From an uncultured Bacilli bacterium (GTDB lineage Bacteria > Bacillota_I > Bacilli_A > RF39 > UBA660): a stretch of DNA of 64,000 nucleotides. The stretch covers positions 520 through 64,519 of the forward strand of contig CANRHC010000001.1 in assembly GCA_947630305.1 (NCBI GenBank), read 5' to 3'. The notes under the pieces are model-generated. The model searched no databases and had not been told where the DNA came from. It was given only the letters and a program-made list of their open reading frames with translations. Of the stretch, positions 55,717 through 64,000 are shown one piece after another. The position numbers and the translations under genes were made by a program. The stretch's first letter is position 1. Each line of letters starts with the position of its first letter.

Positions 55717-57420
55717 TTATCCTACTGTTATCTTGTTCATCCGTCTACTTAACTGTTCACAGGCATAACGGGTCGCATCTATTGTATGATTGTTTTCGTC
55801 AGGGTAACCGCTGATTACCTCACCCTCGTCATCCCGTTCGTATTCATAATTGGTAAACTCCTGAAACGCTATGGGGGTTCTGTCTTTATCAATAACGATA
55901 CGTTTTAATGATGCAAGCCATTTAACACCGTATTCAATAGAGCCATTACCTTTTATTGCTCCTCGAGCCTTAATACCACAGTTAATAAAGTCTGCCACGG
56001 ATTTAGGTTCTGCGCTATCGCATATAACAAAATCGTTATCAGTAATACCATGCTGTTTTAATTTTTCAGCGTTCTCTTCATTCTTGACTTTGTTATTTAC
56101 GATTTCATCAAAGATAATTAACTCCTGCTGCGCCTTGTTAAACTGACAGCGAACAAACGCAAATGGGTCAGGATACCAACCCCAGTCAACACCGTTTACA
56201 ACATTGTCGTAAGTCTGTATCTCCTCATCCGATATATCACGCAGTACCACGTTCTCAAATACGTTACCACCATGACCGTTTGCCTCGCCCATATACTCAT
56301 TGGCGTATGCGTCAGGGTTGACATCTCTAAGAAATTCTGCTTCGTCAATAAACGGTTTACCAAGCCAGTCCTTGGGTACATCAAGATAAGTAGAATTTAC
56401 GACCAGTCGGTTCGGTTTCTCATACATGATTTCCTTGTTTGCCCAGTTAAGTTTACTTCTTGGTGGGTTAAAGGATTTAAAGATGTATTTGTTATCATCA
56501 CCTCTGATAACAGATTGCTCGATTTTACGGATAGATTCCTGACCCTCAAACTGGTCTAATTCTTCGAACCACAGAATACCGATATGTCCGAATGGTACAG
56601 CAATAGACTTAATCTTCATAGGGTCGTCTGCCCCACGGAAGTAGATATGCTGTTCTGTTGATTTCTTTATAATCTCAAGCGGTGTTGTAGTGCATTTATA
56701 TTCAGCAGTAAGACCGAGTTTATCTATTGCCCATTTCATCTGATTGTAGACAGAGTTACGCATAGTATCTCCGACTTTACGACAGATAACAGCATGGAAA
56801 TTAGGGTTACGCTCAATTAAGTTTATAATCTCTAAACTGATAACAGAGGATTTTGTACTACCACGTCCGCCTGGCAATACGTATTCTAGATGATTATGTT
56901 CTCTTATATCATGATGTAATCCGATAAATGCCGGAGCGATATTGTCAGCGGATATGCCATGATAAGTTTCCATTTCATTGGCATAAGATTGTCTTTGCAT
57001 CTCCTCAATCTTTAACCGCTTAATCTGATTATCGAGTTCCATGGATTCAACGGTCACATCATCTGCACGTGTTTTACCACCCCATTTTTCAGGCTCTCTG
57101 TTTTTTAACCAGTACTGCATGGAAGCAGGGTGTCCGTCTACCGCTTTATCGAAAAGAGCATTCTCAACTAGGGCATCAGCCACTTCAGCACCCATATTGA
57201 CAGCATCCCGTATCTTCGGTGTACTAGCCATCCAACGCTCAAAGGTTCGTTCTGTTATACCGATACGTTTAGCTATTTCCTTAATACCGCATCCACTCAT
57301 TGCCCATGTACGGAGCGTGATTAATCTTTCCTTGGTCGTCCAGTTTTCCTTACGTGTGCTTTTAATCTCGTCATAAAAACTCTCGGGTATTTTCTTGGAA
57401 GTGTTTTTATCCTTTGCCAT
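55717..57420 (-). CDS. Terminase large subunit (PBSX/XtmB Terminase_3-like) with an N-terminal HTH extension, 567 aa
   Basis: Walker-A-like GGRGSTKS. C-terminal nuclease-region acidic residues. N-terminal 150 aa carries TWAMSGCGIKEIAKRIGITERTFERWM, a helix-turn-helix. Confidence 0.8.
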   Translation of the reverse strand: MAKDKNTSKKIPESFYDEIKSTRKENWTTKERLITLRTWAMSGCGIKEIAKRIGITERTFERWMASTPKIRDAVNMGAEVADALVENALFDKAVDGHPASMQYWLKNREPEKWGGKTRADDVTVESMELDNQIKRLKIEEMQRQSYANEMETYHGISADNIAPAFIGLHHDIREHNHLEYVLPGGRGSTKSSVISLEIINLIERNPNFHAVICRKVGDTMRNSVYNQMKWAIDKLGLTAEYKCTTTPLEIIKKSTEQHIYFRGADDPMKIKSIAVPFGHIGILWFEELDQFEGQESIRKIEQSVIRGDDNKYIFKSFNPPRSKLNWANKEIMYEKPNRLVVNSTYLDVPKDWLGKPFIDEAEFLRDVNPDAYANEYMGEANGHGGNVFENVVLRDISDEEIQTYDNVVNGVDWGWYPDPFAFVRCQFNKAQQELIIFDEIVNNKVKNEENAEKLKQHGITDNDFVICDSAEPKSVADFINCGIKARGAIKGNGSIEYGVKWLASLKRIVIDKDRTPIAFQEFTNYEYERDDEGEVISGYPDENNHTIDATRYACEQLSRRMNKITVG

Positions 57421-57620
57421 AGCTTTCTCCTTTCTTTTAGATTTCAGATATATTTTTATCCGATATTATTCTTAGTCAAAAAAAAATGACTATGTATATG
57501 TCGGTCAGGATTCCCATAGTCAAAAAATCCGTCTGCCCCTCATTCCCCCATGATGGAATCGAACCACCGGCTTCCGTATAAAACAGATTTCTACCGCTGA
57601 ATTAATGGGGTACTTCTTTA

Positions 57621-57989
57621 TCAATCATTTAAAAAGTTAATTATCTTTTCTTCAAGTTCTTCCTCAATCTCAATATTAAGATTGACTTCTGAACCAGTAA
57701 CATTTAAGTTGTAATTTTCTAGGTGAGCAGTAAAATTAATAAGACCAAAATCAAGTTCTATATATCTTCTACCACCAACATAATTAGTATCAGTATAAAT
57801 TCTAATGTTTGTTGGAGAGAGTACAGTTTCATTACCGTTTAAAGTAAGATTAACTCTGTATGCTTCGTTAATGTCTAGTTTCATATCTAATAAATCTGAA
57901 AACATTTTATCTACATCCATATAAGGTTCAGACCATTCCTCATTTTCGAGTTCTTCCTCAATATGCTCAGGTAATTCTTTATCAAACAT
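57621..57989 (-). CDS. Acidic hypothetical protein (122 aa from the internal ATG)
   Basis: The track ORF 57621-58109 begins inside the terminator hairpin. The first plausible start is MFDKELPEHIEE at 57989. Confidence 0.4.
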   Translation of the reverse strand: MFDKELPEHIEEELENEEWSEPYMDVDKMFSDLLDMKLDINEAYRVNLTLNGNETVLSPTNIRIYTDTNYVGGRRYIELDFGLINFTAHLENYNLNVTGSEVNLNIEIEEELEEKIINFLND

Positions 57990-57990
57990 A

Positions 57991-58019
57991 ATAAAAAACC
58001 ACCCGTATTTCAGGGTGGA
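57991..58019 (-). terminator. Hairpin plus U-tract (minus strand)
   Basis: Minus strand reads CCACCCTGAAATACGGGTGG followed by TTTTTTATT and then ATG. Confidence 0.5.
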
Positions 58020-58313
58020 AAAGAAGTTAAAAAAGTTAATTAAAAGGAATTTAATGAAAAAAGAATTAAATCTGTATTTCAAAATAAATGCACTATACCT
58101 GCCTGACATCTTACATACTATAATGACGTTGTACTTTTACAACATAACTAATAGTCAATGAAGTATATCGGCGTATGATAGTGCTGTACAAAATAATTAT
58201 CCCGTATCAGAGTAGTTACCACTGATATATTAACTGACAGTATGTGATGAGAACGACCCACCTACATAGCCTGCCAACGGATTTATACAATTAATGACTA
58301 ATGTCAGAGTTGC

Positions 58314-58535
58314 CTAAAAAATTAAACTGCCAAAAAAATGTTTCTCATATGGATTCATAATCTTACGAGCGAGTGATTTTATGTTTTCTACTTCCCATTC
58401 TTCTAAATAATCGCTACTATCGTTATTGTAATAGTATCCGTGTTTAGAATTGTAATCATCATATTCTTCTAATAAATCCATAATCATCAATTTGATAGTT
58501 GCGAGTTCATCATCAGATAAAATAAGTTCAGTCAT
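58314..58535 (-). CDS. Hypothetical acidic protein (73 aa)
   Basis: ORF. Confidence 0.35.
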   Translation of the reverse strand: MTELILSDDELATIKLMIMDLLEEYDDYNSKHGYYYNNDSSDYLEEWEVENIKSLARKIMNPYEKHFFGSLIF

Positions 58536-58729
58536 TTCTTTAAATTAACCTTACAAACAGGAAATGTAAATTCGATAGTTGTATAGAGTTCATTGTCCTC
58601 TACAACATTTTCTAAACTTACTTCAACAGAATCATCTAATGAGAGTTTACTTAACTTTTTACCTGTTTTAACAACAATTTCTGAAAGCTTTTTAGAGGTT
58701 TTCTTTATTTTCTTTTTAAGTTTTTTCAT
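58532..58729 (-). CDS. Hypothetical basic protein (65 aa)
   Basis: ORF overlapping its neighbour. Confidence 0.3.
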   Translation of the reverse strand: MKKLKKKIKKTSKKLSEIVVKTGKKLSKLSLDDSVEVSLENVVEDNELYTTIEFTFPVCKVNLKK

Positions 58730-58742
58730 ATCAAAATAATTT

Positions 58743-58988
58743 TTAATCTATAATAATATCAGGTATAAACTCTCGTATTTCACAGGCATATTCAATAGAG
58801 TTATATAGTAAATCCAGTTCCTCATAAGTAAAACTCATTATGATTTTCGGTTCACAATACATACGTTCTATTAAATTTTCTAGTAATTTTTCCTCTTCTT
58901 CATCATGAGGAAAATCGTTTAAATAATCTCTAAGATACCATGCGAAATAAATTCGAAGTGCAAAGCATATTCGTATTTTTCTCATCAT
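58743..58988 (-). CDS. Hypothetical protein (81 aa)
   Basis: ORF. Confidence 0.3.
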   Translation of the reverse strand: MMRKIRICFALRIYFAWYLRDYLNDFPHDEEEEKLLENLIERMYCEPKIIMSFTYEELDLLYNSIEYACEIREFIPDIIID

Positions 58989-58995
58989 CTTAAAA

Positions 58996-59073
58996 TGGTG
59001 ACGGTGCAGGGATTCGAACCCATGGAATACTACATTGAAAGCGTAGTGTCTTAAGCCTCTTGACTACACCGCC
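58996..59073 (-). tRNA. tRNA, probable anticodon TTC (Glu), CCA encoded
   Basis: Minus strand reads GGCGGTGTAGTCAAGAGGC...CTACG-CTTTCAA-TGTAG...GGGTTCGAATCCC...CACCGTCACCA. Acceptor stem 7 bp with one G-U. The T-stem has two mismatches. Confidence 0.5.
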
Positions 59074-59093
59074 ATAATCACTCAATTAATATC

Positions 59094-59164
59094 CGGCGGT
59101 GGAAGGAATCGAACCTACACCTCATGATTAACTGTCATGTGTTCGTACCAGTAACTACACCGCC
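59094..59164 (-). tRNA. tRNA-Asn (GTT)
   Basis: GGCGGTG acceptor stem. CATGA-CAGTTAA-TCATG anticodon arm. GTAGGTTCGATTCCTTC T-arm. CACCGCC-G 3' end. Confidence 0.75.
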
Positions 59165-59300
59165 ATAATCACTCAATTAATATCAAAGGCTCTTTTGAAC
59201 AGAGAGCTAACTGTACAAAAAAGAAGTTAATAAGTCGTCCTGTGTCCTATCCTTGTATCAATTTCATTTGCCCTTTTGAAAAGAGGACTAACTTTTCATT

Positions 59301-59391
59301 TGGCAGGAGAAGTAGGATTCGAACCCACGCATCATGTTACTGACCTATCTGTTTTCAAAACAGACCTCTTAAACCACTTGAGTATTCTCCT
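59301..59391 (-). tRNA. tRNA-Ser (TGA), type II with long variable arm, CCA encoded
   Basis: AGGAGAA/TTCTCCT acceptor. CTGTT-TTTGAAA-AACAG anticodon arm. Long extra arm. GGGTTCGAATCC T-loop. Confidence 0.75.
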
Positions 59392-59412
59392 ATATAAATA
59401 AGAAAGGAATTT

Positions 59413-59501
59413 TGGTACTGGAGATGGGATTCGAACCCATATGACAAATTAATATCAGAGAATTTTAAGTCCTCTATGTATTCCAGTTCCATCACTCCAG
59501 T
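59413..59501 (-). tRNA. tRNA-Leu (TAA), type II, CCA encoded
   Basis: ACTGGAG/CTCCAGT acceptor. GAGGA-CTTAAAA-TTCTC anticodon arm. Long variable arm. GGGTTCGAATCCC T-loop. Confidence 0.7.
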
Positions 59502-59639
59502 ATGAATAGAAATAAAACCCTTAAACCTAGTAAACTTAAGTTGTTATAAGTAACCGTTCGTTTAAGGGTATTTAAAGAAGTTTATTTAAAAAGGAGGTAT
59601 AAAATGCCCAATCTCCTTACTGTATTTCAAATTTTCTTT

Positions 59640-59855
59640 TTACTCTAACAGACCTATTATTTGTTTTAACTCAGCTAAACTTATTCCACAAGGCAGGAAA
59701 TCAGACAGTAAAGCTGAATGAATTACATAACCTGATGCTGTTTCTTTTTTATAATCAAAGTAAATATCAACCAATTCACCATTTTCCCTGACAGGTTGAT
59801 AACTTATAATGTTGCCCATATAAAACAAATATTTCCTGCAAAACACAAAAAGCAT
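59640..59855 (-). CDS. Hypothetical small protein (71 aa)
   Basis: ORF. Confidence 0.3.
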   Translation of the reverse strand: MLFVFCRKYLFYMGNIISYQPVRENGELVDIYFDYKKETASGYVIHSALLSDFLPCGISLAELKQIIGLLE

Positions 59856-59986
59856 ATAATGGTAAACAGAGTTGTAAGATTATTACCATCTACACTTACT
59901 TGAAAACCCTCGCTGAATACACTAATGATAAACACAAGATTAAAAAGGGTAAGCAGGATTTTGAGTACTAAAATAAAATATTCCAT
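59804..59986 (-). CDS. Small membrane protein (60 aa)
   Basis: Two predicted TM helices. Confidence 0.3.
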   Translation of the reverse strand: MEYFILVLKILLTLFNLVFIISVFSEGFQVSVDGNNLTTLFTIICFLCFAGNICFIWATL

Positions 59987-60183
59987 TTAAATATAATCCC
60001 TGCAAAAACTACTACTGCAATAATAGTAACAAATAACCAAGACAAGTTAGACTTGACAAACATATCATCATCTTCTTTAATACTGTTTAAGGTAATCAAT
60101 GTTGCAGTCATCCAAGTTACAATTACTATTATCGCTAATATCGCTATCATCCAGTACTTCATATTCCACTCTGTCAATAACAT
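59968..60183 (-). CDS. Small membrane protein (71 aa)
   Basis: Two hydrophobic helices (WMIAILAIIVIVTWM, WLFVTIIAVVVFAGII). Confidence 0.4.
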   Translation of the reverse strand: MLLTEWNMKYWMIAILAIIVIVTWMTATLITLNSIKEDDDMFVKSNLSWLFVTIIAVVVFAGIIFKWNILF

Positions 60184-60246
60184 TAAATCCCATGGAACGT
60201 AAACTGACTATCTTATTTAAATAGTTAATATCATCAAATATCATGT

Positions 60247-60564
60247 TCAGTCCTCAAAAATTTCACCCCATGGCATAGACCAATGATGGTCTTCTTCCTC
60301 ATTAATTTCTTCCCATTCATCTAAAAGTTTTGAAATGTTTTCAGTACTATTCTTAATTAGCTTGTTAGTCAGAAAATGTATGAGTAAGTGGAAAGCAAAA
60401 TTGACGGTCAGAATAAACAGAATGAGCCATATGGTCGGTAATGATATAAACTTGTCTATTCCTAAAAAGTCATAGCCGAATACAAAAATTAAACCGTCTA
60501 TTAAGAGTAGAATAACCTTAGCTATGTAGGTAAAAAAGATTTCAGTATAAGTTACCGGTTTCAT
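60247..60564 (-). CDS. Small membrane protein (105 aa)
   Basis: Two TM helices followed by an acidic tail. Confidence 0.4.
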   Translation of the reverse strand: MKPVTYTEIFFTYIAKVILLLIDGLIFVFGYDFLGIDKFISLPTIWLILFILTVNFAFHLLIHFLTNKLIKNSTENISKLLDEWEEINEEEDHHWSMPWGEIFED

Positions 60565-60857
60565 GTAAAATTAATTCTATCTTCTATAATACAATCATCT
60601 ATAAAATAAATAGATTCCAATAAGTCCTCACGAGATGCAGGGTCTTTTCCAAGCTCATCCGCTGCCAGTTCAGCATAGTACATGACTACTCCCAAGGACT
60701 GGAAAAATTCCTTTTCATCATCTAAACGCTTCCTTACTAAATCAGTATTAGTTGTATTGATGTCCTGTTTCATTACAAAAAGAGAAACTGCCCCACCGAT
60801 TACAACAATGATACTGATAACTCCAAGAATATCTCCAATTATACTTAAGACTTGCAT
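60561..60857 (-). CDS. Small membrane protein (98 aa, N-terminal TM)
   Basis: VLSIIGDILGVISIIVVIGGAVSLFVM transmembrane segment. Confidence 0.4.
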   Translation of the reverse strand: MQVLSIIGDILGVISIIVVIGGAVSLFVMKQDINTTNTDLVRKRLDDEKEFFQSLGVVMYYAELAADELGKDPASREDLLESIYFIDDCIIEDRINFT

Positions 60858-61201
60858 TTACACTCCTTACATTCCTTATCAGGGAAATGTCCGAAGTTTG
60901 TCCAGTACGATATTTCCCTCGGGGTCGGCATAGTCGATTCCTCTTCTATATAAGGAAGCTTTAATTTTTCATTTAACTCATTAACCGTTTCAGAAAGCTT
61001 ATCAATCTTATCTCGGCTCTCATCTAACTTCTCATAAATGTTTACGTTTTGCTCCTCAAGCTCAAAAATCTCCTCCCATACCTCAAAGATTTTTTCCTGT
61101 ATTTGGATTGTCTTATCAAAAATAAACTCAATCATATCTTTGGTATAAGAAGTATTTTCAAGATTGGATGCTGACTTTAAATCTTCCAAAATACCTCGCA
61201 A
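60845..61201 (-). CDS. Coiled-coil protein with C-terminal Cys cluster (118 aa)
   Basis: Ends KECKECKCKS. First gene after the 61323-61359 terminator. Confidence 0.4.
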   Translation of the reverse strand: MRGILEDLKSASNLENTSYTKDMIEFIFDKTIQIQEKIFEVWEEIFELEEQNVNIYEKLDESRDKIDKLSETVNELNEKLKLPYIEEESTMPTPREISYWTNFGHFPDKECKECKCKS

Positions 61202-61322
61202 AATAAATGTGTATGGTAAACATCAGATAGTTGCATAAATTAAAGTTGTCAAAATCAGATAGTTGCATATTTATAATATGGTGACCACCCATCCGAGCAT
61301 AGTTGAAAAATTGGAAAACTCT

Positions 61323-61359
61323 TAAAATAAATAAAGGCTGTTTCAATTTAAAAACAGCC
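61323..61359 (-). terminator. Rho-independent terminator (minus strand)
   Basis: Minus strand reads GGCTGTTTTTAAATTGAAACAGCC followed by TTTATTTATTTT. Confidence 0.55.
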
Positions 61360-63706
61360 AGTCCGACAACTTAATTTTCAATCAGATGTTCCATCCACTT
61401 GATTTAATCGCGTATTTATAAGAAAAAGATGTTTAAAACGTTTCAGAAAAGGGTATGTTAAAATGTAGAAAACAAGGGTAACAATGCCCGTTTCTGCAAT
61501 TCCTTATAAATAACCGATTATTATACTAGCACATCTTCAACTCCAATGTCCTTTGTTTTTAGTTATAACATTATGATATACTGATATTCTTTCCTTACCA
61601 CATCCCCACCAATTACGAAGTATTATGACACTAAAATATAAGTTTAACTCTTAAAATATGGGGTTTATTTTATGAAATATCAGAAATTCTCTTAAAAAGT
61701 AAGGTCAAAAGGATTAGACATTTAGAAATCTATCTAAATACACTTCCGAAAGGAAGGGAGATTTCAAAACGGTTAGTGTTCAAAACGGAATTGAGAAATG
61801 CGGGAAAAAGCTATCAGAAATTTCTATCTTGTTACAATTGAAACTAAGTATCGTAAGGTCTTAACAATTTTAGCTAAGTATCGTAGAGGGTATTTCCATT
61901 TGGGAACGGATAATTTAAACTTATATGTTACAAATTTGTTACAGAATTTTAAAGCTTAAACTTATGGATTTTTCAAAAATAATTTTTTAACGTCAAAATC
62001 GAGGAATTATAGTTGAGAGAATCGAAGTCAAAATTAAATTGAGAAAGCAGCATAACTTCGTCCCCACTCCTAACTTTTCAGAAAATCCAGTAACAATCCC
62101 CGACAAAAAAGGTTAGAATTTGGAAGTTCAAAAATCCGCACCGTTATCAACAATATTTATATAAAATAATAAATTTTTTTTCTTTCTTCCCTTTCTTTCT
62201 CCAAGAAGAAGAAAAGTATTAAAAAAAGGTTTTCCTTTTTTTAAAAGTAAGTATAAATAAGTATTATAAAAACGATAACCATTTTTACATAAGTAGTAGG
62301 GAAAAAAAGAAAGAAAGGTTAGACTCCAAAAAAGAGGTTAGAATTTCCTCTTAATCTTCCCCTCTCCCTCCTGAGTGGCTTGTTGTGGGTTGCTGTTTAA
62401 AAAGAGGGGGTACGAGGTGAGCGGAACAACCTTACGTGTCTGCGTGTCAATGCTATTGACCTCATATTGATACCTGTTGTTTGCACGTGAGGTGCATGGT
62501 ATCGGTAAACACAATGAGAAGCAAAAGCATATGAACGCATGAACGTATGGACTTATGCATCTATACCTATATATTGTACTTAAGTACATGGTCTAGGTAT
62601 ATAGCAGCATCTCAAACATAAGGAAACCCCCACAGAACGCCCTCAGATAACTCAGAATCAATTTTTTTCTTTTTCATGATAAATTAATCATAAAATCAAC
62701 AAAAATTCAAATACGATTAAATTAAGGGCAAATAAAGGCAATTGAGGTTTAATTCTACTTCAACCATTTCTAACGAAAAGACACGATTCATTTCATACTC
62801 ATTTCCCTACCCTTTCTGATACCCATTCTGATTCCTGCCAAACACTTCCCCTCTAATTTTTCCTGTTTACCATTCTGTTTACCATTACTCCATTCTGTTT
62901 ACCATTACTAACGTAAAGACACGATTTACCACATGCTGTTTCTGGTGGCTCCCTGTATACAATAGTGGGGTTTCTGCTTCCCCTGCCAATTCCCCTTGCT
63001 GTTCTACCTGTTCTTCTGATATTCACTTGCTGTCCTGCCTATTCTTCTGATATAATATCTGCTGCATAGATGGGTATCATTCTGAAAGATGGGTACTCTG
63101 TCTTACAGATGGTTATATCAGTTGTACCGGCATAATGCAAAGGTCTTCTGATAACTACTGAAGTTTTTTGCCGATACCGCCAGCTCTGAAAATCGAGTTT
63201 TGAAAATTCGGTTCGCTCAGAAATCCGGTCGAAGGCACGTTTTCCAGGTCGCCGATTTTTAAATAGGGGGTCATTTACCTACCAGTCAGGTTGGTATTTA
63301 AGTTGCGGATATAAGTTTAAGTTTTAAAGTCGTATAATCGGTGTTATACGACATTACCCTTGAAACCGGTTACATCTTGCGTGATATGCGCCAGTTATAT
63401 TCCCTAGCGATTGCGTAGAATGTTGCTTAAATTGCGTGCTAGTTGTATCTCCATGTGATACAAGTTGAAACCGTTTTCATACTTTCTAGCTTTCGTTCGA
63501 TATCATTTTCCGCCCATTTCGGTTTCGTTCGAAAGCAATTCGAAACCATAAAATAACATTAAAATATAACGTATAACATACATGAAACCGCTTACACGTA
63601 ATAATTTTAACCTAAATTATACCCATTTATTGCGCTATTATTTGCAATTTCATGCAGATTCAAGCGCGTTATAATCGTAAACTATTGCAATCCTATTATA
63701 GTATTA

Positions 63707-64000
63707 TAATGATATATAATGTTATACACCGATATATAATGTTATATAACACTTAATAATATCGTAATTTATTGCATATAATAACATTATACTATTGCAT
63801 ATAATAACACTACTACTATTGCTATACCTTGCATATTATAACGTATAATAATTGCATATAACTACTATATTAATATAGTACATTCCTGCATATAATAACG
63901 TTTTATATATGCATATAATAGCAAGCCTAAAATAGTACTATCCTGCATATAATACCCTTTACTATATGCTACTATTGGCAATTATAACGGATGCATAATA
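63707..64000. repeat. Array of at least 8 TGCATATAATA(AC) repeats plus 2x GATATATAATGTTATA, running to the window edge
   Basis: Copies at about 63773, 63796, 63829, 63853, 63889, 63911, 63944 and 63989. Each resembles an extended -10 element. Confidence 0.7.

Noticed and set aside
62338-62589. 83-aa minus-strand ORF in the gene-free region
   Set aside because: No RBS. Overlaps a GC-rich, structured segment with a long-range stem. Cys/Ser/Pro-rich translation. More plausibly non-coding.
63707-64000. CRISPR array interpretation of the TGCATATAATA repeats
   Set aside because: Repeat units are about 11-14 bp with irregular 9-35-bp spacers. They are far shorter than CRISPR repeats. There is no cas context. 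They resemble promoter -10 or iteron elements.

Overview
Low-GC (Firmicutes-type, GGAGG ribosome-binding sites) window that appears to hold most or all of a tailed, contractile-tail (myovirus-type) phage genome. Left to right: (i) a block of 12 rightward early genes (299-6323), ten of them behind near-consensus sigma-A promoters (TTGACA-17-TATAAT) and sharing near-identical promoter/5'UTR cassettes, including a DnaN-like sliding clamp. (ii) An 820-bp iteron-rich region (6370-7190) where rightward and leftward transcription converge. (iii) A leftward replication and nucleotide-metabolism block (7287-24494): family B DNA polymerase, prim-pol/SF3 primase-helicase, class II ribonucleotide reductase, Dcd/dUTPase-like enzyme, C5 and Dam methyltransferases, an MBL-fold hydrolase and an ArpU/sigma-region-4-like regulator. 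(iv) A cro-like / CI-S24 repressor / tyrosine integrase switch (24198-26547). (v) A leftward lysis cassette: endolysin with ChW cell-wall-binding repeats and a CHAP amidase/peptidase domain, plus an SPP1/XhlB-family holin. (vi) A PBSX-like late operon (29451-57420): duplicated tail fibres, baseplate, a 1826-aa tape-measure protein carrying M23 peptidase and lytic transglycosylase domains, a tail chaperone with a canonical -1 frameshift site, sheath, tube, capsid, scaffold, portal and a terminase with an N-terminal HTH. Two tandem Dam paralogues sit inside the head module. (vii) Four tRNAs, a cluster of small membrane proteins, and a 2.8-kb gene-free, repeat-rich region (61202-64000). All functional calls rest on motif-level recognition in the translated ORFs. 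No database search was possible.
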